A DNA stretch of 64,000 nucleotides, taken from positions 5,248,001 to 5,312,000 of the forward strand of contig OY759599.1 in assembly GCA_963662465.1 (NCBI GenBank), in the 5' to 3' direction. The notes under the pieces are model-generated. The model was not told where the DNA came from. It did not search any database and saw only the letters and a list, made by a program, of their open reading frames with translations. Source of the DNA: Desulfatiglandales bacterium (GTDB taxonomy: Bacteria > Desulfobacterota > DSM-4660 > Desulfatiglandales > Desulfatiglandaceae). Positions within the stretch are counted from its first letter, which is position 1, and every line of letters starts with the position of its first letter. Below are positions 1 to 8,335 of this stretch, in pieces. The position numbers and the translations under genes were made by a program.

Positions 1-2
1 TC

Positions 3-71
3 ATCGTACGGTTCTGGATCATCGCTATCATTCTGGCCCTTTTATCCATCAGCACCCTAAAATTAAGGTAA
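3..71 (+). CDS. mraY: Phospho-MurNAc-pentapeptide transferase, 3' end only
   Basis: Reads IVRFWIIAIILALLSISTLKLR*, a typical MraY C-terminus, directly upstream of murD. Confidence 0.9.
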   Translation: MVRFWIIAIILALLSISTLKLR

Positions 72-76
72 ATAAA

Positions 77-1456
77 TTGAATAGGTCCTTTAGCTCTTCA
101 CTCTTCACTTTTCACTCTTCACTCCTGGTAGTGGGTCTCGGCATATCGGGATACTGGGCGGCCCGATGGCTGGCGGAAAAAGGTGCAAGGGTCATCATCA
201 GCGATATCAAGGAGATGGCCCAACTAGATCCCAAGGTTGTAAACGAACTTCAAGCCCTGGGAGTGACCCTGGAAACCGGAGGTCATCGAAAAGAAACTTT
301 TTTAAATGCCGATGCCATTATTCTGAGCCCCGGCGCCCCCCATGATACACCATTGATTCGCGCGGCAGTTCAAAAACAAATTCCCGTAATGGGAGAAATG
401 GAACTGGCAGCCCGTTACATTGACGCTCCCATGATCGCCGTCACCGGAACAAACGGAAAAACCACCGTGACGTCATTTCTTGGGCAACTGATTGAAAATG
501 CAGGACATAACGTCTTTGTGGGCGGCAACATCGGCACCCCCCTGACCGCCTATTTGTCCCAGGGGGAAAAGGCGGACTATCTGGTGGTGGAAGTCAGTAG
601 TTTTCAACTGGACACGATCCGAACGTTCAAGCCCATGATTTCAATCATCCTGAATATATCGCCCGACCATCTGGATCGATATCCGAATTATGGTGCTTAC
701 ATTCAGTCCAAACTGAGGATTTATGAGAATCAGGGGCCTGGACAGACGGTGATCCTCAATGATGATGATCCGGAACTGGGAAAGGTTTTCCCGTCCACCG
801 TCGCGAGTGTATTCCGCTATGGGTTGAAGAAAAAGGAAAGGATACACGCTTATATTGAAGATGATAAAATTGTTTCAGATGTAAAAAATAAAAACCGATT
901 CAATTTAGACGCTTTTTCACTGGCAGGGTCCCACAACCTGGAAAATCTTCTGGCCGTGGTGCTGACGGGGCAAGCCCTTGGCCTAACGCCCGGGGTTATT
1001 CAAAAAACCATTGACACCTTCAAAGGACTTCCCAACAGGCTGGAATATGTGGCGGAAATCGAGAGCATTCTATTTTACAACGATTCAAAAGCAACCAATA
1101 TAGATGCAGCCATCAGAGCGGTTCAGAGTTTTGATGGACCGTTGATTCTCATCGCGGGGGGGCGGCACAAAGGTTCGGATTACCATCCCCTGCTGCAGGC
1201 AAGCCGGGGCAAAGTCAAAAAAGCGGTATTTATGGGCGAGGCGGCAAATCTTCTGGCTGAGGCTTTCACCAACGAAATCCCTTTCTCCCTGGCCGCAGAC
1301 ATGCAAGATGCCGTATCCCAGGCCTTTAGCGGGGCTGAGAGTGGAGATACCGTACTCCTGGCGCCCGCATGCGCAAGCTTTGACATGTTTAGAAATTACA
1401 ATCACAGGGGCAAGGCATTCAAATCCGCTGTCCGGGAACTTTCAAATGGACGCTAA
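77..1456 (+). CDS. murD: UDP-MurNAc-L-Ala--D-Glu ligase
   Basis: GLGISG, VTGTNGKTT, GGNIG, EVSSFQL, NDSKATN, LAPACASFD motifs; TTG start uncertain. Confidence 0.97.
   Translation: MNRSFSSSLFTFHSSLLVVGLGISGYWAARWLAEKGARVIISDIKEMAQLDPKVVNELQALGVTLETGGHRKETFLNADAIILSPGAPHDTPLIRAAVQKQIPVMGEMELAARYIDAPMIAVTGTNGKTTVTSFLGQLIENAGHNVFVGGNIGTPLTAYLSQGEKADYLVVEVSSFQLDTIRTFKPMISIILNISPDHLDRYPNYGAYIQSKLRIYENQGPGQTVILNDDDPELGKVFPSTVASVFRYGLKKKERIHAYIEDDKIVSDVKNKNRFNLDAFSLAGSHNLENLLAVVLTGQALGLTPGVIQKTIDTFKGLPNRLEYVAEIESILFYNDSKATNIDAAIRAVQSFDGPLILIAGGRHKGSDYHPLLQASRGKVKKAVFMGEAANLLAEAFTNEIPFSLAADMQDAVSQAFSGAESGDTVLLAPACASFDMFRNYNHRGKAFKSAVRELSNGR
94..124 (+). repeat. Heptamer tandem array (CTCTTCA)x4 in the murD 5' end
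   Basis: ctcttca ctcttca cttttca ctcttca ctc; encodes SSLFTFHSSL. Confidence 0.9.
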
Positions 1457-2549
1457 AGGAAAGACATTCGAAGGACACAATTTCCTGATTCTCATTCCGG
1501 TAATTTTGTTGATCGGATTGGGGTTGCTCATGGTTTACAGCGCCAGCAGCAACATTGCGGAACACCGATTCGGGGACAGCAATTTCTATCTGAAAAGACA
1601 GATCCTGTTTTGTTTCATCGGGATTATCGCCATGATCGTCACGCGATATATCCCCTGTACCCTCTACCAGAAACTGGTGTACCCATTGCTGCTGGTGAGT
1701 GCCGCGCTTCTGGCGCTTCTTTTTGTTCCCGGTCTGGGACGCAAGGTCGGCGGGGCTTACCGATGGTTAAATATCGGCGGGTTCTCTTTTCAGCCTTCTG
1801 AAATGGTCAAGTTTTCCCTGGCGGTTTACCTGGCCTATTCCATGAGCAAAAAGGGAACGGATCTGGAGTTGTTCACCAAAGGCCTGCTGCCTCACATGTT
1901 GGTCGTCGGCACATTCATGGTGCTGATTTATCTGCAACCGGACCTTGGAACAGCGGTGATTATCGGCGTGTGGACATTGGTGCTGTTGTTTGTGGGAGGT
2001 GTCAGGATTCTCCAACTCTTCGCCCTCTTCCTCCTTGCGGCGCCCGTGGTAATATGGCTCATTTGGCATGCGGAATACAGATTCAGAAGGATAATGGCCT
2101 TTATGAACCCCTGGGATGATCCGAGGGGGATCGGCTTTCAAATCATTCACTCTTTTCTGGCCTTTGGTTCGGGGGGTATTTTCGGCGCGGGTCTGGGCAA
2201 CAGCAAACAGAAACTCTTTTACCTGCCGGAACCCCATACCGATTTTGCCCTTTCCATCATGGGCGAAGAATTGGGCTTTGTAGGCGTCACGGCAACAATT
2301 GCGCTCTTCGGGGTGCTGATCATGGGCGGCATTCGAATTGCGCTGAATGCCAAGGATCTTTACAGCAGCTATCTGGCCCTCGGCTTGACCTGTTTCCTGG
2401 GCCTTCAGGTGATTGTCAATATGGCAGTGGTTCTGGGATTGCTGCCCACAAAAGGGCTCACGCTTCCCCTCATCAGTTATGGCGGCTCATCCCTGGTCAT
2501 GACCCTTGCGGGAATCGGGGTTCTGTTGAATATTTCTTCGAGGAATTGA
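1446..2549 (+). CDS. ftsW: SEDS peptidoglycan polymerase FtsW
   Basis: MVYSAS, FQPSE, QPDLGT, LPEPHTDF, ISYGGSS; likely start is ATG 1446, overlapping the murD end. Confidence 0.96.
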   Translation: MDAKGKTFEGHNFLILIPVILLIGLGLLMVYSASSNIAEHRFGDSNFYLKRQILFCFIGIIAMIVTRYIPCTLYQKLVYPLLLVSAALLALLFVPGLGRKVGGAYRWLNIGGFSFQPSEMVKFSLAVYLAYSMSKKGTDLELFTKGLLPHMLVVGTFMVLIYLQPDLGTAVIIGVWTLVLLFVGGVRILQLFALFLLAAPVVIWLIWHAEYRFRRIMAFMNPWDDPRGIGFQIIHSFLAFGSGGIFGAGLGNSKQKLFYLPEPHTDFALSIMGEELGFVGVTATIALFGVLIMGGIRIALNAKDLYSSYLALGLTCFLGLQVIVNMAVVLGLLPTKGLTLPLISYGGSSLVMTLAGIGVLLNISSRN

Positions 2550-2552
2550 CGG

Positions 2553-3683
2553 ATGGCGGAGGGCAGAGGTCAGAGGTCAGAGGTCAGAGGTCAGAAGACG
2601 CGATGCATCGTCGCGGGGGGCGGAACCGGCGGGCATCTGTTTCCGGGAATCGCGCTGGCAAAGGAGCTGGAAGAAAGATTTCCAGGATCGGAAATTCGGT
2701 TTGTGGTGGGACGAAAAAGGATGGAGTCGGAAATTCTTGGCCGCTACGGTTTTCGGGTGACTTCCATTGATGTGGAAGGCATGAAAGGGCGCGGATGGAA
2801 AAAGGGCGTGGCTGTTTTGGCCATGCTCCCCAAGAGCCTGCTGCAATCTATTCGCATCATTAAAGATTTCAAACCTTCGTTTGTGATCGGAGTGGGTGGT
2901 TATTCTGCGGGCCCATTCTGCCTGGCAGCCAGACTCATGGGTATTCCCACTGCTATCCATGAACAGAATTCCTATCCCGGCCTAACGAACCGTTTGCTGG
3001 CCCGGGTGGTGGATCGAATTCTCATCTCTTTTGAGGAAAGCGAACCCTGTTTTAAGCATCAAAAGGTCATCCTCACCGGCAATCCGGTTCGGAGAGAATT
3101 GTTATCGCCCCCATTGGACGAACAGAAACCCGACGGTGACTTTGTCGTACTGGTGGTGGGTGGAAGTCAGGGGGCCAAAGCCGTCAATGAGGCCTTTCTC
3201 AAGGCCTATGCCCTACTGCACAAGCAGGGGAGAAAAATCACGGTCATCCACCAGACGGGTTCATACGATTACCAAAGGGTAATCGAAGCATATCGGGCCG
3301 AGGGACTTGAAACCGTTGTAGCGCCCTTTATCAAAGATATGGCGTCAGCCTACCATCGGGCGGATATGGTGGTGAGCCGCGCCGGGGCAACGACCCTGTT
3401 TGAATTGGCGGCCCTCGGGAAACCATCGATCCTCATTCCCTATCCCCATGCCGCCAATGGGCATCAGGAAACCAACGCCCGCTGCCTGGCCCGCCATGGC
3501 GGAGCGGAGATGGTGCTTCAACAGGATCTGACCGGTGAAGGACTGGCAAACATCCTGTTGAAATATATGGATGATCAAGAGGATTTAAAAAAGATGGGTG
3601 AAGCGGCGAAAGCATTCAGCCGTCCCAATGCGGCCCGATTAATCGTGGATGAACTGATAAAACTTTTAGCCGTTAGCCATTAG
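2553..3683 (+). CDS. murG: Lipid II GlcNAc transferase MurG
   Basis: GGGTGGHLFPG, HEQN, TGNPVR, GGSQGA, SRAGA. Confidence 0.97.
   Translation: MAEGRGQRSEVRGQKTRCIVAGGGTGGHLFPGIALAKELEERFPGSEIRFVVGRKRMESEILGRYGFRVTSIDVEGMKGRGWKKGVAVLAMLPKSLLQSIRIIKDFKPSFVIGVGGYSAGPFCLAARLMGIPTAIHEQNSYPGLTNRLLARVVDRILISFEESEPCFKHQKVILTGNPVRRELLSPPLDEQKPDGDFVVLVVGGSQGAKAVNEAFLKAYALLHKQGRKITVIHQTGSYDYQRVIEAYRAEGLETVVAPFIKDMASAYHRADMVVSRAGATTLFELAALGKPSILIPYPHAANGHQETNARCLARHGGAEMVLQQDLTGEGLANILLKYMDDQEDLKKMGEAAKAFSRPNAARLIVDELIKLLAVSH
2564..2597 (+). repeat. Heptamer tandem array (CAGAGGT)x4 plus a partial unit, in the murG 5' end
   Basis: cagaggt x4 then cagaag; encodes RGQRSEVRGQK. Confidence 0.92.
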
Positions 3684-3684
3684 C
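3664..3684 (+). repeat. Heptamer array (NNTTAGC)x3 supplying the murG stop codon
   Basis: ttttagc cgttagc cattagc. Confidence 0.8.
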
Positions 3685-3735
3685 ACCTGGTTCCCATGCT
3701 CCAGCGTGAGAACCCATAATGCGTCAGGGAAAAAG

Positions 3736-5124
3736 ATGAAACAATTTGGTAAAGCAAAACATATCCATTTCGTGGGGATTGGAGGAATCGGCATGAGCGG
3801 TCTGGCCGAACTCCTGATCAACCTGGGCTACAGCGTCAGTGGTTCCGATCTGAAAGATTCCGCGGCCACCCGAAGACTCTCCCACATGGGGTGTCGGACT
3901 TTCAAGGGCCACGACCGTCATCACGTAAAAGGGGCGGACGTAGTGGTCTACTCTTCAGCGGTCGGTCTTCAGAACCCGGAAATACTGGAAGCCAAAGACG
4001 GTTATGTTCCCGTTATCCCCAGGGCCGAAATGCTGTCGGAACTCATGCGACTGAAGTATGGCGTGGCCATCGCGGGCGCCCATGGCAAAACCACCACCAC
4101 ATCGATGGTCGCCTCCATATTGACCAAGGGGGAACTCGATCCCACAGTCGTCATCGGCGGGCGCCTCGATATCTGGGGAGGGTCCAATGCCAAACTGGGT
4201 CAGGGGGATATCCTGGTAGCCGAAGCGGACGAAAGCGACGGCTCATTTCTCGCATTATCGCCCACCATCGCGGTGGTGACCAACATCGATCACGAGCATA
4301 TGGACCATTATGGCGATATAGCGGCCATTCGCCGAACCTTCGTGGACTTCATCAATAAAATCCCATTTTACGGAACCGCCATCCTCTGTCAGGATAACGA
4401 AGAAATTCAAGGAATTATCCCCAAGCTCAGGAAGAGGTACATCACTTACGGCATGAGCACCCAGGCCGACCTCAGGGGAAAAGATTTGGAAAATGAGAAA
4501 TGGGGCACCAGCCTGGAAGTGATCTACCGGAATCACTCCATGGGCAGAATTTCCGTGGGAATACCCGGCGAACACAATGCGTTAAACGCCCTGGCGGCAA
4601 CCGCCGTGGGCCTTGAACTTGACTTGGAAATGGGGGTCATCAGAGAGGGGCTCAGCGCACTGGGTGGTCTCGCACGACGCCTTCAGATCAAAGGGGAACA
4701 AAACGGCGTTCTGGTGTTGGATGATTACGGACATCATCCCACCGAAATCATGGCGACCCTTAAAACGGTGAAAGCTTGCTGGTCGGAAAGACGGATGGTC
4801 GTCCTGTTCCAGCCTCACCGGTATACCCGCACCCAGGCGTTACTGGAGCGTTTCGTAATCGCGTTTAATGATGCGGATGTGCTTCTGGTAACCCCCATCT
4901 ATCCCGCGGGAGAACAACCCATCGAAGGGATCACCGCGAAAAACCTGGTGAAGGGCATCAAAGACCACGGGCACAAAGACGTGATGTTCTGCGCCGACCC
5001 GGAAAAGATCGTTTCCACATTGGAAAAACTGACGAAACCGGGCGATCTGGTATTAACACTGGGAGCGGGTAACATCCACAAAGAAGGAGAACGGTTTTTG
5101 GAGCTCTTAGCTGTTAGCCATTAG
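3736..5124 (+). CDS. murC: UDP-MurNAc--L-Ala ligase
   Basis: HIHFVGIGGIGMSG, GAHGKTTTT, EADESD, DDYGHHPTE, FQPHRYTRT; alternative GTG start at 3706. Confidence 0.97.
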   Translation: MKQFGKAKHIHFVGIGGIGMSGLAELLINLGYSVSGSDLKDSAATRRLSHMGCRTFKGHDRHHVKGADVVVYSSAVGLQNPEILEAKDGYVPVIPRAEMLSELMRLKYGVAIAGAHGKTTTTSMVASILTKGELDPTVVIGGRLDIWGGSNAKLGQGDILVAEADESDGSFLALSPTIAVVTNIDHEHMDHYGDIAAIRRTFVDFINKIPFYGTAILCQDNEEIQGIIPKLRKRYITYGMSTQADLRGKDLENEKWGTSLEVIYRNHSMGRISVGIPGEHNALNALAATAVGLELDLEMGVIREGLSALGGLARRLQIKGEQNGVLVLDDYGHHPTEIMATLKTVKACWSERRMVVLFQPHRYTRTQALLERFVIAFNDADVLLVTPIYPAGEQPIEGITAKNLVKGIKDHGHKDVMFCADPEKIVSTLEKLTKPGDLVLTLGAGNIHKEGERFLELLAVSH

Positions 5125-5158
5125 CTTTTCGCTAACAGCTGACAGCTAAGAGCTAACA
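5103..5158. repeat. Inverted heptamer arrays (TGTTAGC-type x3 / GCTAACA-type x4) forming a hairpin between murC and murB
   Basis: tcttagc tgttagc cattagc - ttttc - gctaaca gctgaca gctaaga gctaaca. Confidence 0.9.
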
Positions 5159-5162
5159 ATCC

Positions 5163-6065
5163 ATGGATATTCGTCAAAAAGCGGAACTTGAGCGTTTAAC
5201 GGGAGAACGAATCGAATTCGATTATCCCATGGGTCACCTCACCACTTTTCAGGTGGGCGGACCCGCTGAAGCGTTTTGGAAAGCACGGGACCTTGAAACA
5301 TTGAAAAAGGTCATGGCGTACCTTTCCATGGAGGGGATTCCATACGGTGTATTGGGCAGGGGAAGCAACCTGCTGATAAAAGACGAAGGCATCGACGGGG
5401 TCATGATTCTTTTGACGGACTTTTTCGCGACCATCAACGATAGCGACAATGGGGTCTGGGCGGGCGGAGGGGTTCACCTCGCTGAGCTATTGAGGTGGTG
5501 TCGGCGAAACGCCATGGGGGGTCTGGAATTTCTGGCGGGAATACCCGGGACCGTCGGAGGCGCGGTGATCATGAATGCTGGGGCTTTCGGACAAGAGATC
5601 AATGAAAGAATTCAAGCCATTCAATGGGTCACCCCTTGGGGCATGCAAATGAAAAGGGATCGTACGGAACTCAACTTCTCATACCGTCGCCTTCACTTGG
5701 AAACGGGCAATGTGGTGACAAATGCCTGCTTTTCCCTGGATTGTGTCACGCAGAAAATGGTGTCCGAACGAATGGGCGAACATCTTAAAATCCGAAAACA
5801 AACGCAGCCCCTCGAATATCCAAACGCCGGCTCCGTGTTTAAAAACCCACCCGGGGATTTTGCGGGCAGGCTCATTGAAAAAGCGGGACTCAAGGGAAAA
5901 AAAATCGGCGGCGCCATGATATCTGAAAAGCATGCTAATTTCATTGTGAACAAAGGGGGGGCGACCGCCAAAGATATTCTAACGCTCATGGACCTGGTCC
6001 GCATGGCGGTCAAACGGATGGCGGGCGTGAGCATGGAGACTGAAATACGGGTTTTGGGAAAATAG
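5163..6065 (+). CDS. murB: UDP-GlcNAc-enolpyruvate reductase
   Basis: TTFQVGGPA, GRGSN, GIPGTVGGAVIMNAGA, GSVFKNP, KHANFIVN. Confidence 0.97.
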   Translation: MDIRQKAELERLTGERIEFDYPMGHLTTFQVGGPAEAFWKARDLETLKKVMAYLSMEGIPYGVLGRGSNLLIKDEGIDGVMILLTDFFATINDSDNGVWAGGGVHLAELLRWCRRNAMGGLEFLAGIPGTVGGAVIMNAGAFGQEINERIQAIQWVTPWGMQMKRDRTELNFSYRRLHLETGNVVTNACFSLDCVTQKMVSERMGEHLKIRKQTQPLEYPNAGSVFKNPPGDFAGRLIEKAGLKGKKIGGAMISEKHANFIVNKGGATAKDILTLMDLVRMAVKRMAGVSMETEIRVLGK

Positions 6066-6082
6066 GGGGCAAAGGGATCAAA

Positions 6083-6919
6083 ATGGGAAAAAGCCAAAAA
6101 GAGCATAAGGTCCGGACAAATAAACCGGCCAAGAGGCAAAAGGCTTCAAAGCCCCCCATTTCAGGCATTATTCAGAGCATAAGTTCAGAGCTTTTCAAGG
6201 TGTTCGTGTTTCTGTCGGTTTTAACCGTAATCAGCTTGACCTTTGTGATGCTTTACAACTATCTGCTCACTTCCCCCTATATGAAGCTGGAGACTGTGGA
6301 AATTCGAGGGGTTGACGAAACCACTAAAAATGAACTGGTTCAAATGTGCGGGCTGAATCTGGAACAGGGACTTCTGGGTCTTAAATTGGAATTTTTGAAA
6401 CGAAAAATGGAGATGCACCCATGGGTCAGGACAGCGACCGTGGAAAGACACTTTCCGCACACCTTGATCGTTGAAGTGGAAAAAGAGAAACCGGTAGCGG
6501 TGGTCCTGTTGGACAAACTGTTTTACATGAATCAATGGGGGCATCTGTTTAAAGCGGTCTCACCCACGGAGAAAATAGACCTACCCATTGTTACGGGCTT
6601 ATCAGCAACGGACGCCGACCAAAGGGAAAGCCTGGATCAAACCGCTCATGTATTGACCGTCCTGGCGCCGGAAGAAGACCGTTGGTCCCTTGAAAACCTG
6701 TCCGAAATACACCTGAAGAAAAATGGAGAGATGTCCCTGTACTTCAGTCATATCCGAGCCGCAATCAATGTTAACTGGGACAATCTGGCCCGCAATATGG
6801 AAGGGCTGAAACAGGTCACAACGCATTTAAGCAAATCGGGGAAAATCAACCTTGCGACCCAAATTGACCTGAACCATGTGGATGGCGCGGTGGTCTCTTT
6901 TGAAAAGAAACAGGGTTGA
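6083..6919 (+). CDS. ftsQ: Cell division protein FtsQ/DivIB
   Basis: Single TM plus POTRA-like HPWVRTATVERHFPHTLIVEVEKE; lies directly before ftsA. Confidence 0.88.
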   Translation: MGKSQKEHKVRTNKPAKRQKASKPPISGIIQSISSELFKVFVFLSVLTVISLTFVMLYNYLLTSPYMKLETVEIRGVDETTKNELVQMCGLNLEQGLLGLKLEFLKRKMEMHPWVRTATVERHFPHTLIVEVEKEKPVAVVLLDKLFYMNQWGHLFKAVSPTEKIDLPIVTGLSATDADQRESLDQTAHVLTVLAPEEDRWSLENLSEIHLKKNGEMSLYFSHIRAAINVNWDNLARNMEGLKQVTTHLSKSGKINLATQIDLNHVDGAVVSFEKKQG

Positions 6920-6928
6920 ATGGTATGG

Positions 6929-7060
6929 AGCTGTTAGGTGTTAGCCGTTAGCTGTTAGCTGTTAGCTTAAAAAGCGGTAGATGTCATTTTCATTATTTGG
7001 GGATAAATGCCTGAGTGGCTCATGAACGTTTGGCTAACTGCTAACAGCTTAAAGCTAAAT
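6929..7060. repeat. Inverted heptamer arrays: TGTTAGC-type x5 (6932-6966) and GCTAACA-type x4 (7033-7060), bracketing a 66-bp spacer
   Basis: tgttagg tgttagc cgttagc tgttagc tgttagc ... gctaact gctaaca gcttaaa gctaaat. Confidence 0.88.
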
Positions 7061-7088
7061 TAACCGGGAAAAATGGGGTAAAACTTTT

Positions 7089-8312
7089 ATGAGTATGAAC
7101 ATTATTGTAGGCCTGGATATCGGCACCACCAAAATCTGTGCGGTAGTGGGGGAAGTTCACCCTGAAGGCGTGGAAATCATCGGGATGGGAAGTCATCCCT
7201 CGGATGGCCTCAGAAAGGGTGTGGTCATCAACATCGAGAATACCGTGAATTCCATTAAGGCGGCCATTGGAGAGGCGGAAACCATGGCTGGTTGTGAAAT
7301 TAGTTCCGTATATGCCGGTATCGCGGGCGGACATATCAAGGGATTCAACACACCGGGAATCATTGCCCTCAAAGAGAAAGAGGTCACCCAAAAAGACATC
7401 GATCGGGTCATCGAAGCAGCCAGCGCCGTGGCCATTCCCATGGACCGCGAGGTCATCCACACGCTGGTCCAGGAATTTATTGTAGACGACCAGGACGGCA
7501 TTGTGGACCCCCTGGGCATGTCGGGCGTTCGTTTGGAAGCCAAGGTCCACATCGTTACCGCTGCGGTCACTTCCGCGCAAAACATCATCAAATGCGCCAA
7601 CAGGGCGGGACTTGACGTCTATGACATCGTGCTGGAATCCCTGGCATCCAGCGAGGCGGTCCTTTCAAAGGAAGAGCGTAACCTGGGCGCGGCACTGATC
7701 GACTTTGGGGGAGGAACGACCGATCTAGCCCTGTTTGCCAGAGGCGCCATCAAACACACCTCGGTTCTGGCCCTTGGCGGGGACAATCTGACCTACGACA
7801 TCGCGGTGGGTCTTAGAACACCCAGGCTGGAAGCGGAAAAAATAAAGATCCAGTATGGGTGCGCCCTTTCGTCCATGATCGGCAAGGATGAAACCATTGA
7901 GGTTCCCGGGGTTGGCGGCAGAAAGCCAAGGACACTATCCAGACAGATCCTGGGAGAAATTCTGGAACCCAGGGTCGAGGAGATATTCACCCTGATTTAC
8001 CAGGAACTCGTCCGTTCGGGATACGATGATCTGGCCAGTTCGGGCGTGGTCGTGACAGGCGGATCCGCCGAACTCCCGGGCATCAGCGAAATGGCCGAGC
8101 AGATATTCAGCGCCCCGTCCCGTGTGGGCTATCCCCAGGAAATCAACGGTCTTACAGACATGATTAACAAGCCCATGTATGCCACGGCCATCGGCCTCGT
8201 CCTATACGGCGCCAAAACCAACAAGCAGAAAAAGAAGTTTAGAATTCGAGATTCCAACATTTTTCATCTGGTAATGGTCAGAATGAAAAGATGGTTTAAG
8301 GATATTGTTTAA
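7089..8312 (+). CDS. ftsA: Cell division protein FtsA
   Basis: VGLDIGTTKI, DFGGGTTD, EILEPRVEE, VTGGSA. Confidence 0.98.
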   Translation: MSMNIIVGLDIGTTKICAVVGEVHPEGVEIIGMGSHPSDGLRKGVVINIENTVNSIKAAIGEAETMAGCEISSVYAGIAGGHIKGFNTPGIIALKEKEVTQKDIDRVIEAASAVAIPMDREVIHTLVQEFIVDDQDGIVDPLGMSGVRLEAKVHIVTAAVTSAQNIIKCANRAGLDVYDIVLESLASSEAVLSKEERNLGAALIDFGGGTTDLALFARGAIKHTSVLALGGDNLTYDIAVGLRTPRLEAEKIKIQYGCALSSMIGKDETIEVPGVGGRKPRTLSRQILGEILEPRVEEIFTLIYQELVRSGYDDLASSGVVVTGGSAELPGISEMAEQIFSAPSRVGYPQEINGLTDMINKPMYATAIGLVLYGAKTNKQKKKFRIRDSNIFHLVMVRMKRWFKDIV

Positions 8313-8335
8313 CCCTAAAGAAAGAGGAGGGAGCA

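Noticed and set aside
1308..1445. N-terminal extension of the ftsW ORF
   Set aside because: Overlaps murD by ~150 bp; ATG 1446 gives a normal FtsW
6066..6082. Absence of ddl between murB and ftsQ (and of hfq after miaA)
   Set aside because: Ordinary gene-order variation; not informative without the rest of the genome
94..7060. Heptamer arrays or REPs as a CRISPR array
   Set aside because: No 25-45-bp repeats with unique spacers, and no cas genes in the window
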